Below are positions 11,905 through 26,800 of a DNA stretch of 64,000 nt, piece after piece. Origin of the DNA: Eledone cirrhosa (lineage: Eukaryota); the NCBI GenBank assembly GCA_964016885.1, contig OZ024742.1, forward strand, positions 378,820,001 to 378,884,000. Direction: 5' to 3'. Position numbers and translations under genes: made by a program. The notes beneath the pieces are model-generated. The model saw only the letters and a program-made list of their open reading frames with translations, was not told where the DNA came from and did not search any database. Each line of letters starts with the position of its first letter. The stretch's first letter is position 1.

Positions 11905-13801
11905 GTTAAGTCGGAAATAGGGATCATAAGTAAAAAGATTTTAGACAGAGTTATTCCAGTAATTATAAATAAAATTTTCCTAAATTTGTGGGGGAATACG
12001 GAGGAAGTAATCAAATGGTTCTCCAGCATTAGTAACCATGGTTCCCTCAGGTTTGTCCAGTTTGATATAGATTCTTACTACACATCTATATCTCCTATCC
12101 TTTTGAATAAGGCCCTCATCATGGACTAGGAAAAACACTAACAACAACTTTGATATCACAATGGCATCTGCAGACTCTGCCCAGGTAACTGATTTGGTCG
12201 GACTTTACCTAATCCATGAACTCCATAAGACACTTCCATACCTTTGCGGTGGTTTATATCGCGACGACGCCCTCCTTACCCTTGAGCATAACAAATTTAG
12301 TATTGAAAGGACAAAGAAGGACCTACACAAATTCTTTAAAGGTTATAACCTTAATATTACTATTGATAAGAATAATAAAACAGTAAATTTCTTGGATGCA
12401 ACACTAGATCTAGAAAATAAGACTTACACACCATATCATAAACCTAAAGAGAGACTGACTTATGTACATGCTGGATCCAACCACCCTAAATCAGTACTGA
12501 ATGCTATTGTTAAGGCAGTATCTAATAGGATAAGCCGTTTATCATGCGGTGAAGATATTTTCAATTCTAATGTGGATTATTATAACGAGGCATTAGCTAA
12601 GTCTGGATGTAAGAATAAACTATTTTACGTACCTGCTAGCTCCCAATCCACTGTAGCTGGGCATAATAATATTATTACACACAGTATGTCTTTAAATTAT
12701 AATTATAATGATAGCAGTAATAGAACTCTAGATAGGAGCCATGTAGTGATTAGCTCAGCCCAGCCTGGACTGAACGGCCCTAATATGCATCCTGCAAATA
12801 CATCTAATGGTTATACTAATGGAAGAGCGGCGAGATTTGGAAAACACACTCACAGTAGAGTATTAGATAGGCATATTGACCAATATAATGTGAGAATTTC
12901 ACGACCAGTATATGGTGGACTTGGTTCCGTATACGTAGTGGAGAGTAGTAACTCTGATTTTAACCGGACTGTAGTGGGGAAAAATAGAAAAAATAGAAGA
13001 AGAATGAACACCTTTTTTAACCCACCATACAACTCTGAGGTCTTAACTAATATTCCCAAAACATTCTTCTTAATCCTAGAAAAGAACTTCCCGCCGCAGG
13101 ACAGCAGATACCATAGTATATTCAATAAAAACACAATTAAATTATCGTACTCCACTACACCAAACCTAGCTTACCACCTGGCACGTACTAATAATCAGAA
13201 AATTAGTGTAGGTTTTGAAGATATTAAATCTGTGAATAACCAACAGCAACCTGACACATTGGCTAATGCGGCACCACAGATCGCTGACATCACATCTGAT
13301 GAACACATTACAGGTCAAATGGGTTTAAACAATAGGCCATCCCAAGGTATGAATAACGACACATACCGTAATTGTAATTATAGAAGGAGCGGAAATTGCC
13401 TTTTAAAAGGCAATTGCCTCACGAGGAATATTGTTTATGCATGTGATGTTGTAACAACAACCTCCACTAAGACATATGTGGGTTCTACTTCTACAGCTTT
13501 TAAAACTAGATTTAACTCCCACAATTATACTTTTAGATATGATAGGCTTAAAAATGCTTCCTCCCTAGCTAAATATATTCACTCTTTAAAATATGATGGT
13601 ATAGATTATAAACTCAATTGGAGGTTGGTAACTAATTCTCCACCCTACCTCCCCCCGAACAAAACTTGTAACCTCTGCCTGCTTGAGTCTCATGCCATAG
13701 TTTACTCTAACTGTGAATTACTGAATAGGAAATAGGAGATTTTCTCATCTTGTATTCACATGAAACTTAATTCATTTTACCACTATAAACCTATTACTTA
13801 G
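11905..13801 (+). pseudogene. Naiad-type PLE RT/GIY-YIG ORF, 5'-truncated and disrupted
   Basis: KSEIGIISKKILD, QFDIDSYY, then a deletion and stop at ~12127, GGLYRDD, NFLDATLDL, FFNPPY, IKLSYS, IVY..YVG..FKTR, CNLCLLE and LLNRK*EIFSSCIH. Confidence 0.9.
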
Positions 13802-14829
13802 TTCTGCTTATGTGTCACTCATCCTTGTGCTGTACCGCTGCTTGACCCTATTGAATTAATATTGGTGTAGTCAGCTGTGGTGTGGTATTCAATGTTTGGG
13901 GTGGTGTAATGCAGTGTGGCTGTGGTGTATTGCAGTGTGGTGTGGTGGGTGGTGTTGTGGATTAGTTTAGTGAAGTGCGGTTTGCTGTTGAGTATTGTGG
14001 TGTAAAGTGGTGTGGTGTAGTGTATTGTGGTGTGATGTTGGTGATATAGTGTAGTGTAGAATGCGGTGATGAAGGGTGGTGTGGAGTGGTGTGATGTACA
14101 GTGGTGTGGTATTTTGTAGTTTATTGCGGTGTAGTGATGTATTGAGTGGTGAGCTGTGATGTGTCTTATTGCGTTGTTATGTGGTGTACTATGGTATTGA
14201 CATCGGCGATGTCGTGTACTGTAGTGTAAGATAGTTTATTTTGTTGGGGCCTGGTAAGGAGTGATGTGGTGTTGTATACTGGGATGCTGTATAGTGTGGT
14301 GTGGTTTGGTGTACTGTGCCATGGTGCTTGGCATACTGGTTTAGTCTAGTGTAGTGTAGTGCAGTATCCTGTGGTGTAGTTGAGAGGGTGGTGTGGCGTA
14401 GTGCGGTGTACTTGATATGGTATGTTGTGGAGTGTATAGGCGTACTGTAGTGGGGGGGGGGGGTGACCCTTGGTGTGGTTGAATGGAATGTGTGCGATTT
14501 GGTGGGATGTAGTGTAGTATAACCTGGTGTTGAGTAGTATGGATAGGTGTCCTGTAGTTTAGGGGCGTGGAGTGTAATGTAGCGTTATGATGTGATGTGA
14601 TGTAATGTGATGCTTGAAATAGGGTGTCGGGTATTGTTGTGCAGTAGGGCGGAATGTGTGGGTTGTGATGTGGTATGGGGTGTGTGGATGCGGGAGGTGT
14701 TTTCTGGTGTGGTGAGGATGATATGGTGTAAATTGGCGAGCTGTGTTCCCACCTATGCAGTTTCAGCTGCTACATTCAGTGGACTAAGGTGTGGAATAGT
14801 ATAGTCTGCTGTGGTGAGATTTTGAGTAG

Positions 14830-17800
14830 TATGGAGTGGTGTGAGAAGTATGTGGTTGTGGTGTGTGGTGGTATAGTGTGGTACGTGGTGATGTGGCGGG
14901 GTGTGGTGCGGTGTGAGAAGTGTGTGGTTGTGGTGTGTGTTAGTATAGTGTGGTACGTGGTGATGTGGCGGGGTATGGTGTGGTGTGAGAAGTGTGTGGT
15001 TGTGGTGTGTGGTAGTATAGTGTGGTACGTGGTGATGTGGCGGGGTATGGTGTGGTGTGAGAAGTGTGTGGTTGTGGTGTGTGTTAGTATAGTGTGGTAC
15101 GTGGTGATGTGGCGGGGTGTGGTGTGGTGTGAGAAGTGTGTGGTTGTGGTGTGTGTTAGTATAGTGTGGTACGTGGTGATGTGGCGGGGTATGGTGTGGT
15201 GTGAGAAGTGTGTGGTTGTGGTGTGTGGTGGTATAGTGTGGTACGTGGTGATGTGGCGGGGTGTGGTGTGGTGTGAGAAGTGTGTGGTTGTGGTGTGTGG
15301 TAGTATAGTGTGGTACGTGGTGATGTGGCGGGGTATGGTGTGGTGTCAGAAGTGTGTGGTTGTGGTGTGTGGTAGTATAGTGTGGTACGTGGTGATGTGG
15401 CGGGGTATGGTGTGGTGTGAGAAGTATGTGGTTGTGGTGTGTGGTAGTATAGTGTGGTACGTGGTGATGTGGCGGGGTATGGTGTGGTGTGAGAAGTGTG
15501 TGGTTGTGGTGTGTGTTAGTATAGTGTGGTACGTGGTGATGTGGCGGGGTATGGTGTGGTGTGAGAAGTGTGTGGTTGTGGTGTGTGGTGGTATAGTGTG
15601 GTACGTGGTGATGTGGCGGGGTATGGTGTGGTGTGAGAAGTGTGTGGTTGTGGTGTGTGTTAGTATAGTGTGGTACGTGGTGAAGTGGCGGGGTGTGGTG
15701 TGGTGTGAGAAGTGTGTGGTTGTGGTGTGTGTTAGTATAGTGTGGTACTTGGTGATGTGGCGGGGTATGGTGTGGTGTGAGAAGTGTGTGGTTGTGGTGT
15801 GTGGTGGTATAGTGTGGTACGTGGTGATGTGGTGGGGTATGGTGTGGTGTGAGAAGTATGTGGTTGTGGTGTGTGGTGGTATAGTGTGGTACGTGGTGAT
15901 GTGGCGGGGTGTGGTGTGGTGTGAGAAGTGTGTGGTTGTGGGGTGTGGTGGTATAGTGTGGTACGTGGTGATGTGGCGGGGTATGGTGAGGTGTGAGAAG
16001 TGTGTGGTTGCGGTCTGTGGTGGTATAGTGTGGTACGTGGTGATGTGGCGGGGTATGGTGTGGTGTGAGAAGTATGTGGTTGTGGTGTGTGGTAGTATAG
16101 TGTGGTACGGGGTGATGTGGCGGGGTGTGGTGTGAGAAGTGTGTGGTTGTGGTGTGTGGTAGTATAGTGTGGTACGAGATGATGTGGCGGGGTATGGTGT
16201 GGTGTGAGAAGTGTGTGGTTGTGGTGTGTGGTGGTATAGTGTGGTACGTGGTGATGTGGCGGGGTGTGGTGTGGTGTGAGAAGTGTGTGGTTGTGGTGTG
16301 TGGTAGTATAGTGTGGTACGTGGTGATGTGGCGGGGTATGGTGTGGTGTGAGAAGTGTGTGGTTGTGGTGTGTGGTGGTATAGTGTGGTACGTGGTGATG
16401 TGGCGGGGTGTGGTGTGGTGTGAGAAGTGTGTGGTTGTGGTGTGTGGTAGTATAGTGTGGTACGTGGTGATGTGGCGGGGTATGGAGTGGTGTGAGAAGT
16501 GTGTGTTTGTGGTGTGTGGTAGTATAGTGTGGTACGTGGTGATGTGGTGGGGTATGGTGTGGTGTGAGAAGTGTGTGGTTGTGGTGTGTGGTAGTATAGT
16601 GTGGTACGTGGTGATATGGCGGGGTATGGAGTGGTGTGAGAAGTGTGTGGTTGTGGTGTGTGGTAGTATAGTGTGGTACATGGTGATGTGGCGGGGTATG
16701 GTGTGGTGTGAGAAGTGTGTAGTTGTGGTGTGTGTTAGTATAGTGTGGTACGTGGTGATGTGGCGGGGTATGGTGTGGTGTGAGAAGTATGTGGTTGTGG
16801 TGTGTGGTGGTATAGTGTGGTACGTGGTGATGTGGCGGGGTATGGTGTGGTGTGAGAAGTGTGTGGTTGTGGTGTGTGGTGGTATAGTGTGGTACGTGGT
16901 GATGTGGCGGGGTATGGTGTGGTGTGAGAAGTGTGTGGTTGTGGTGTGTGGTGGTATAGTGTGGTACGTGGTGATGTGGCGAGGTATGGTGTGGTGTGAG
17001 AAGTGTGTGGTTGTGGTGTGTGGTAGTATAGTGTGGTACGTGGTGATGTGGCGGGGTATGGTGTGGTGTGAGAAGTGTGTGGTTGTGGTGTGTGGTAGTA
17101 TAGTGTGGTACGTGGTGATGTGGCGGGGTATGGAGTGGTGTGAGAAGTGTGTGGTTGTGGTGTGTGGTGGTATAGTGTGGTACGTGGTGATGTGGCGGGG
17201 TGTGGTGTGGTGTGAGAAGTGTGTGGTTGTGGTGTGTGGTAGTATAGTGTGGTACGTGGTGATGTGGCGGGGTATGGTGTGGTGTGAGAAGTGTGTGGTT
17301 GTGGTGTGTGTTAGTATAGTGTGGTACGTGGTGATGTGGCGGGGTATGGTGTGGTGTGAGAAGTGTGTGGTTGTGGTGTGTGGTAGTATAGTGTGGTACG
17401 TGGTGATGTGGCGGGGTATGGTGTGGTGTGAGAAGTGTGTGGTTGTGGTGTGTGTTAGTATAGTGTGGTACGTGGTGATGTGGCGGGGTGTGGTGTGGTG
17501 TGAGAAGTGTGTGGTTGTGGTGTGTGGTAGTATAGTGTGGTACGTGGTGATGTGGCGGGGTATGGTGTGGTGTGAGAAGTGTGTGGTTGTGGTGTGTGGT
17601 GGTATAGTGTGGTACGTGGTGATGTGGCGGGGTATGGTGTGGTGTGAGAAGTGTGTGGTTGTGGTGGTGTGGTGGTATAGTGTGGTACGTGGTGATGTGG
17701 CGGGGTATGGTGTGGTGTGAGAAGTGTGTGGTTGTGGTGTGTGTTAGTATAGTGTGGTACGTGGTGATGTGGCGGGGTATGGTGTGGTGTGAGAAGTGTG

Positions 17801-20800
17801 TGGTTGTGGTGTGTGGTAGTATAGTGTGGTACGTGGTGATGTGGCGGGGTATGGTGTGGTGTGAGAAGTGTGTGGTTGTGGTGTGTGGTGGTATAGTGTG
17901 GTACGTGGTGATGTGGCGGGGTATGGTGTGGTGTGAGAAGTGTGTGGTTGTGGTGTGTGTTAGTATAGTGTGGTACGTGGTGATGTGGCGGGGTATGGTG
18001 TGGTGTGAGAAGTGTGTGGTTGTGGTGTGTGGTAGTATAGTGTGGTACGTGGTGATGTGGCGGGGTATGGTGTGGTGTGAGAAGTGTGTGGTTGTGGTGT
18101 GTGGTAGTATAGTGTGGTACGTGGTGATGTGGCGGGGTATGGTGTGGTGTGAGAAGTGTGTGGTTGTGGTGTGTGGTAGTATAGTGTGGTACGTAGTGAT
18201 GTGGCGGGGTATGGTGTGGTGTGAGAAGTGTGTGGTTGTGGTGTGTTGTAGTATAGTGTGGTACGTGGTGATGTGGCGGGGTATGGTGTGGTGTGAGAAG
18301 TGTGTGGTTGTGGTGTGTGGTAGTATAGTATGGTACGTGGTGATGTGGCGGGGTATGGTGTGGTGTGAGAAGTGTGTGGTTGTGGTGTGTGGTAGTATAG
18401 TGTGGTAAGTGGTGACGTGGCGGGGTATGGTGTGGTGTGAGAAGTGTGTGGTTGTGGTGTGTGGTAGTATAGTGTGGTACGTGGTGATGTGGTGGGGTAT
18501 GGTGTGGTGTGAGAAGTGTGTGGTTGTGGTGTGTGTTAGTATAGTGTGGTACGAGGTGATGTGGCGGGGTATGGTGTGGTGTGAGAAGTGTGTGGTTGTG
18601 GTGTGTGGTAGTATAGTGTGGTACGTGGTGATGTGGCGGGGTATGGTGTGGTGTGAGAAGTGTGTGGTTGTGGTGTGTGGTAGTATAGTGTGGTACGTGG
18701 TGATGTGGCGGGGTATGGTGTGGTGTGAGAAGTGTGTGGTTGTGGTGTGTGGTAGTATAGTGTGGTACGTGGTGATGTGGCGGGGTATGGTGTGGTGTGA
18801 GAAGTGTGTGGTTGTGGTGTGTGGTAGTATAGTGTGGTACGTGGTGATGTGGCGGGGTATGGTGTGGTGTGAGAAGTGTGTGGTTGTGGTGTGTGGTAGT
18901 ATAGTGTGGTACGTGGTGACGTGGCGGGGTATGGTGTGGTGTGAGAAGTGTGTGGTTGTGGTGTGTGGTAGTATAGTGTGGTACGTGGTGATGTGGCGGG
19001 GTATGGTGTGGTGTGAGAAGTGTGTGGTTGTGGTGTGTGGTAGTATAGTTTGGTACGTGGTGATGTGGCGGGGTATGGTGTGGTGTGAGAAGTGTGTGGT
19101 TGTGGTGTGTGGTAGTATAGTGTGGTACGTGGTGATGTGGCGGGGTATGGTGTGGTGTGAGAAGTATGTGGTTGTGGTGTGTGTTAGTATAGTGTGGTAC
19201 GTGGTGATGTGGCGGGGTATGGTGTGGTGTGAGAAGTATGTGGTTGTGGTGTGTGTTAGTATAGTGTGGTACGTGGTGATGTGGCGGGGTATGGTGTGGT
19301 GTGAGAAGTATGTGGTTATGGTGTGTGGTGGTATAGTGTGGTACGTGGTGATGTGGCGGGGTATGGTGTGGTGTGAGAAGTATGTGGTTGTGGTGTGTGT
19401 TAGTATAGTGTGGTACGTGGTGATGTGGCGGGGTATGGTGTGGTGTGAGAAGTATGTGGTTGTGGTGTGTGGTGGTATAGTGTGGTACGTGGTGATGTGG
19501 CGGGGTATGGTGTGGTGTGAGAAGTGTGTGGTTGTGGTGTGTGGTAGTATAGTGTGGTACGTGGTGATGTGGCGGGGTATGGTGTGGTGTGAGAAGTGTG
19601 TGGTTGTGGTGTGTGGTGGTATAGTGTGGTACGTGGTGATGTGGCGGGGTATGGTGTGGTGTGAGAAGTGTGTGGTTGTGGTGTGTGGTGGTATAGTGTG
19701 GTACGTGGTGATGTGGCGGGGTATGGTGTGGTGTGAGAAGTGTGTGGTTGTGGTGTGTGGTAGTATAGTGTGGTACGTGGTGATGTGGCGGGGTATGGTG
19801 TGGTGTGAGAAGTGTGTGGTTGTGGTGTGTGGTGGTATAGTGTGGTACGTGGTGATGTGGCGGGGTATGGTGTGGTGTGAGAAGTGTGTGGTTGTGGTGT
19901 GTGGTAGTATAGTGTGGTACGTGGTGATGTGGCGGGGTATGGTGTGGTGTGAGAAGTGTGTGGTTGTGGTGTGTGGTGGTATAGTGTGGTACGTGGTGAT
20001 GTGGCGGGGTATGGTGTGGTGTGAGAAGTATGTGGTTGTGGTGTGTGGTGGTATAGTGTGGTACGTGGTGATGTGGCGGGGTATGGTGTGGTGTGAGAAG
20101 TGTGTGGTTGTGGTGTGTGGTAGTATAGTGTGGTACGTGGTGATGTGGCGGGGTATGGTGTGGTGTGAGAAGTGTGTGGTTGTGGTGTGTGGTGGTATAG
20201 TGTGGTACGTGGTGATGTGGCGGGGTATGGTGTGGTGTGAGAAGTGTGTGGTTGTGGTGTGTGGTGGTATAGTGTGGTACGTGGTGATGTGGCGGGGTAT
20301 GGTGTGGTGTGAGAAGTGTGTGGTTGTGGTGTGTGGTAGTATAGTGTGGTACGTGGTGATGTGGCGGGGTATGGTGTGGTGTGAGAAGTGTGTGGTTGTG
20401 GTGTGTGGTGGTATAGTGTGGTACGTGGTGATGTGGCGGGGTATGGTGTGGTGTGAGAAGTGTGTGGTTGTGGTGTGTGGTAGTATAGTGTGGTACGTGG
20501 TGATGTGGCGGGGTATGGTGTGGTGTGAGAAGTGTGTGGTTGTGGTGTGTGGTGGTATAGTGTGGTACGTGGTGATGTGGCGGGGTATGGTGTGGTGTGA
20601 GAAGTGTGTGGTTGTGGTGTGTGGTAGTATAGTGTGGTACGTGGTGATGTGGCGGGGTATGGTGTGGTGTGAGAAGTATGTGGTTGTGGTGTGTGTTAGT
20701 AAAGTGTGGTACGTGGTGATGTGGCGTGGTATGGTGTGGTGTGAGAAGTATGTGGTTGTGGTGTGTGTTAGTATAGTGTGGTACGTGGTGATGTGGCGGG

Positions 20801-23800
20801 GTATGGTGTGGTGTGAGAAGTATGTGGTTGTGGTGTGTGGTAGTATAGTGTGGTACGTGGTGATGTGGCGGGGTGTGGTGTGGTGTGAGAAGTGTGTGGT
20901 TGTGGTGTGTGGTAGTATAGTGTGGTACGTGGTGATGTGGCGGGGTGTGGTGTGGTGTGAGAAGTGTGTGGTTGTGGTGTGTGTTAGTATAGTGTGGTAC
21001 GTGGTGATGTGGCGGGGTGTTGTGTGGTGTGAGAAGTGTGTGGTTGTGGTGTGTGGTAGTATAGTGTGGTACGTGGTGATGTGGCGGTGTGTGGTGTGGT
21101 GTGAGAAGTGTGTGGTTGTGGTGTGTGGTAGTATAGTGTGGTACGTGGTGATGTGGAGGGGTATGGTGTGGTGTGAGAAGTATGTGGTTGTGGTGTGTGG
21201 TAGTATAGTGTGGTACGTGGTGATGTGGCGGGGTATGGTGTGGTGTGAGAAGTGTGTGGTTGTGGTGTGTGGTAGTATAGTGTGGTACGTGGTGATGTGG
21301 CGGGGTATGGTGTGGTGTGAGAAGTGTGTGGTTGTGGTGTGTGGTAGTATAGTGTGGTACGTGGTGATGTGGCGGGGTATGGTGTGGTGTGAGAAGTATG
21401 TGGTTGTGGTGTGTGTTAGTATAGTGTGGTACGTGGTGATGTGGCGGGTATGGAGTGGTTCGAGAAGTATGTGGTTGTGGTGTGTGGTGGTATAGTGTGG
21501 TACGTGGTGATGTGGCGGGGTGTGGTGTGGTTTGAGAAGTGTGTGGTTGTGGTGTGTGGTAGTATAGTGTGGTACGTGGTGATGTGGCGGGGTATGGTGT
21601 GGTGTGAGAAGTGTGTGGTTGTGGTGTGTGTTAGTATAGTGTGGTACGTGGTGATGTTGCGGGGTATGGTGTGGTGTGAGAAGTATGTGGTTGTGGTGTG
21701 TGGTGGTATAGTGTGGTACGTGGTGATGTGGCGGGGTGTGGTGTGGTGTGAGAAGTGTGTGGTTGTGGTGTGTGGTAGTATAGTGTGGTACGTGGTGATG
21801 TGGCGGGGTATGGTGTGGTGTGAGAAGTATGTGGTTGTGGTGTGTGTTAGTATAGTGTGGTACGTGGTGATGTGGCGGGGTATGGAGTGGTGTGAGAAGT
21901 ATGTGGTTGTGGTGTGTGGTAGTATAGTGTGGTACGTGGTGATGTGGCGGGGTATGGTGTGGTGTGAGAAGTGTGTGGTTGTGGTGTGTGGTGGTATAGT
22001 GTGGTACGTGGTGATGTGGCGGGGTGTGGTGTGGTGTGAGAAGTGTGTGGTTGTGGTGTGTGGTGGTATAGTGTGGTACGTGGTGATGTGGCGGGGTATG
22101 GTGTGGTGTGAGAAGTGTGTGGTTGTGGTCTGTGGTGGTATAGTGTGGTACGTGGTGATGTGGCGGGGTATGGTGTGGTGTGAGAAGTATGTGGTTGTGG
22201 TGTGTGGTAGTATAGTGTGGTACGTGGTGATGTGGCGGGGTATGGTGTGGTGTGAGAAGTGTGTGGTTGTGGTGTGTGGTGGTATAGTGTGGTACGTGGT
22301 GATGTGGCGGGCTGTGGTGTGGTGTGAGAAGTGTGTGGTTGTGGTGTGTGGTGGTATAGTGTGGTACGTGGTGATGTGGCGGGGTATGGTGTGGTGTGAG
22401 AAGTGTGTGGTTGTGGTGTGTGGTAGTATAGTGTGGTACGTGGTGATGTGGCGGGGTATGGTGTGGTGTGAGAAGTGTGTGGTTGTGGTGTGTGGTGGTA
22501 TAGTGTGGTACGTGGTGATGTGGCGGGGTATGGTGAGGTGTGAGAAGTGTGTGTTTGTGGTGTGTGGTAGTATAGTGTGGTACGTGGTGATGTGGCGGGG
22601 TATGGTGTGGTGTGAGAAGTGTGTGGTTGTGGTGTGTGGTAGTATAGTGTGGTACGTGGTGATGTGGCGGGGTATGGTGTGGTGTGAGAAGTGTGTGGTT
22701 GTGGTGTGTGGTAGTATAGTGTGGTACGTGGTGATGTGGCGGGGTATGGTGTCGTGTGAGAAGTGTGTGGTTGTGGTGTGTGGTAGTATAGTGTGGTACG
22801 TGGTGATGTGGCGGGGTATGGTGTGGTGTGAGAAGTGTGTGGTTGTGGTGTGTGTTAGTATAGTGTGGTACGTGGTGATGTGGCGGGGTATGGTGTGGTG
22901 TGAGAAGTGTGTGGTTGTGGTGTGTGGTTGTGGTGTGTGTTAGTATAGTGTGGTACGTGGTGATGTGGCGGGGTATGGTGTGGTGTGAGAAGTATGTGGT
23001 TGTGGTGTGTGTTAGTATAGTGTGGTACGTGGTGATGTGGCGGGGTATGGTGTGGTGTGAGAAGTGTGTGGTTGTGGTGTGTGGTTGTGGTGTGTGGTAG
23101 TATAGTGTGGTACGTGGTGATGTGGCGGGGTATGGTGTGGTGTGAGAAGTGTGTGGTTGTGGTGTGTGGTGGTATAGTGTGGTACGTGGTGATGTGGCGG
23201 GGTATGGTGTGGTGTGAGAAGTGTGTGGTTGTGGTGTGTGGTGGTATAGTGTGGTACGTGGTGATGTGGCGGGGTATGGTGTGGTGTGAGAAGTGTGTGG
23301 TTGTGGTGTGTGGTGGTATAGTGTGGTACGTGGTGATGTGGCGAGGTATGGTGTGGTGTGAGAAGTATGTGGTTGTGGTGTGTGGTGGTATAGTGTGGTA
23401 CGTGGTGATGTGGCGGGGCATGGTGTGGTGTGAGAAGTGTGTGGTTGTGCTGTGTGGTAGTATAGTGTGGTACGTGGTGATGTGGCGGGGTGTGGTGTGG
23501 TGTGAGAAGTGTGTGGTTGTGGTGTGTGGTAGTATAGTGTGGTACGTGGTGATGTGGCGGGGTATGGTGTGGTGTGAGAAGTGTGTCGTTGTGGTGTGTG
23601 GTGGTATAGTGTGGTACGTGGTGATGTGGCGGGGTATGGTGTGGTGTGAGAAGTGTTTGGTTGTGGTGTGTGGTAGTATAGTGTTGTACGTGGTTATGTG
23701 GCGGGGTATGGTGTGGTGTGAGAAGTGTGTGGTTGTGGTGTGTGGTAGTATAGTGTGGTACGTGGTGATGTGGCGGGGTATGGAATGGTGTGAGAAGTGT

Positions 23801-26800
23801 GTGGTTGTGGTGTGTGGTGGTATAGTGTGGTACGTGGTGATGTGGCGGGTTGTGGTGTGGTGTGAGAAGTGTGTGGTTGTGGTGTGTGGTAGTATAGTGT
23901 GGTACGTGGTGATGTGGCGGGGTGTGGTGTGGTGTGATAAGTGTGTGGTTGTGGTGTGTGGTGGTATAGTGTGGTACGTGGTGATGTGGCGGGGTATGGT
24001 GTGGTGTGAGAAGTGTGTGGTTGTGGTGTGTGGTGGTATAGTGTGGTACGTGGTGATGTGGCGGGGTGTGGTATGGTGTGAGAAGTGTGTGGTTGTAGTG
24101 TGTGGTGGTATAGTGTGGTACGTGGTGATGTGGCGGGGTGTGGTGTGGTGTGAGAAGTGTGTGGTTGTGGTGTGTGGTGGTATAGTGTGGTACGTGGTGA
24201 TGTGGCGGGGTATGGTGTGGTGTGAGAAGTGTGTCGTTGTGGTGTGTGTTAGTATGGTGTGGTACGTGGTGATGTGGCGGGGTATGGTGTGGTGTGAGAA
24301 GTGTGTGGTTGTGGTGTGTGGTGGTATAGTGTGGTACGTGGTGATGTGGCGGGGTATGGTGTGGTGTGAGAAGTGTGTCGTTGTGGTGTGTGTTAGTATA
24401 GCGTGGTATGTGGTGATGTGGCGGGGTATGGTGTGGTGTGAGAAGTGTGTGGTTGTGGTGTGTGGTGGTATAGTGTGGTACGTGGTGATGTGGCGGGGTA
24501 TGGTGTGGTGTGAGAAGTGTGTGGTTGTGGTGTGTGGTGGTATAGTGTGGTACGTGGTGATGTGGCGGGGTATGGTGTGGTGTGAGAAGTGTGTGGTTGT
24601 GGTGTGTGGTAGTATAGTGTGGTACGTGGTGATGTGGCGGGGTATGGTGTGGTGTGAGAAGTGTGTGGTTGTGGTGTGTGTTAGTATAGTGTGGTACGTG
24701 GTGATGTGGCGGGGTATGGTGTGGTGTGAGAAGTGTGTGGTTGTGGTGTGTGGTGGTATAGTGTGGTACGTGGTGATGTGGCGGGGTATGGTGTGGTGTG
24801 AGAAGTGTGTGGTTGTGGTGTGTGGTGGTATAGTGTGGTACGTGGTGATGTGGCGGGGTGTGGTGTGGTGTGAGAAGTGTGTGGTTGTGGTGTGTGGTGG
24901 TATAGTGTGGTACGTGGTGATGTGGCGGGGTATGGTGTGGTGTGAGAAGTGTGTGGTTGTGGTCTGTGGTGGTATAGTGTGGTACGTGGTGATGTGGCGG
25001 GGTATGGTGTGGTGTGAGAAGTATGTGGTTGTGGTGTGTGGTAGTATAGTGTGGTACGTGGTGATGTGGCGGGGTATGGTGTGGTGTGAGAAGTGTGTGG
25101 TTGTGGTGTGTGGTGGTATAGTGTGGTACGTGGTGATGTGGCGGGCTGTGGTGTGGTGTGAGAAGTGTGTGGTTGTGGTGTGTGGTGGTATAGTGTGGTA
25201 CGTGGTGATGTGGCGGGGTATGGTGTGGTGTGAGAAGTGTGTGGTTGTGGTGTGTGGTAGTATAGTGTGGTACGTGGTGATGTGGCGGGGTATGGTGTGG
25301 TGTGAGAAGTGTGTGGTTGTGGTGTGTGGTGGTATAGTGTGGTACGTGGTGATGTGGCGGGGTATGGTGAGGTGTGAGAAGTGTGTGTTTGTGGTGTGTG
25401 GTAGTATAGTGTGGTACGTGGTGATGTGGCGGGGTATGGTGTGGTGTGAGAAGTGTGTGGTTGTGGTGTGTGGTAGTATAGTGTGGTACGTGGTGATGTG
25501 GCGGGGTATGGTGTGGTGTGAGAAGTGTGTGGTTGTGGTGTGTGGTAGTATAGTGTGGTACGTGGTGATGTGGCGGGGTATGGTGTCGTGTGAGAAGTGT
25601 GTGGTTGTGGTGTGTGGTAGTATAGTGTGGTACGTGGTGATGTGGCGGGGTATGGTGTGGTGTGAGAAGTGTGTGGTTGTGGTGTGTGTTAGTATAGTGT
25701 GGTACGTGGTGATGTGGCGGGGTATGGTGTGGTGTGAGAAGTGTGTGGTTGTGGTGTGTGGTTGTGGTGTGTGTTAGTATAGTGTGGTACGTGGTGATGT
25801 GGCGGGGTATGGTGTGGTGTGAGAAGTATGTGGTTGTGGTGTGTGTTAGTATAGTGTGGTACGTGGTGATGTGGCGGGGTATGGTGTGGTGTGAGAAGTG
25901 TGTGGTTGTGGTGTGTGGTTGTGGTGTGTGGTAGTATAGTGTGGTACGTGGTGATGTGGCGGGGTATGGTGTGGTGTGAGAAGTGTGTGGTTGTGGTGTG
26001 TGGTGGTATAGTGTGGTACGTGGTGATGTGGCGGGGTATGGTGTGGTGTGAGAAGTGTGTGGTTGTGGTGTGTGGTGGTATAGTGTGGTACGTGGTGATG
26101 TGGCGGGGTATGGTGTGGTGTGAGAAGTGTGTGGTTGTGGTGTGTGGTGGTATAGTGTGGTACGTGGTGATGTGGCGAGGTATGGTGTGGTGTGAGAAGT
26201 ATGTGGTTGTGGTGTGTGGTGGTATAGTGTGGTACGTGGTGATGTGGCGGGGCATGGTGTGGTGTGAGAAGTGTGTGGTTGTGCTGTGTGGTAGTATAGT
26301 GTGGTACGTGGTGATGTGGCGGGGTGTGGTGTGGTGTGAGAAGTGTGTGGTTGTGGTGTGTGGTAGTATAGTGTGGTACGTGGTGATGTGGCGGGGTATG
26401 GTGTGGTGTGAGAAGTGTGTCGTTGTGGTGTGTGGTGGTATAGTGTGGTACGTGGTGATGTGGCGGGGTATGGTGTGGTGTGAGAAGTGTTTGGTTGTGG
26501 TGTGTGGTAGTATAGTGTTGTACGTGGTTATGTGGCGGGGTATGGTGTGGTGTGAGAAGTGTGTGGTTGTGGTGTGTGGTAGTATAGTGTGGTACGTGGT
26601 GATGTGGCGGGGTATGGAATGGTGTGAGAAGTGTGTGGTTGTGGTGTGTGGTGGTATAGTGTGGTACGTGGTGATGTGGCGGGGTGTGGTGTGGTGTGAG
26701 AAGTGTGTGGTTGTGGTGTGTGGTAGTATAGTGTGGTACGTGGTGATGTGGCGGGGTGTGGTGTGGTGTGATAAGTGTGTGGTTGTGGTGTGTGGTGGTA

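Noticed and set aside
13733-13735. In-frame stop in the second Naiad as a recoding site
   Set aside because: It is TAG at a non-Cys position in a copy that also has a deletion, so ordinary decay is the simpler explanation.
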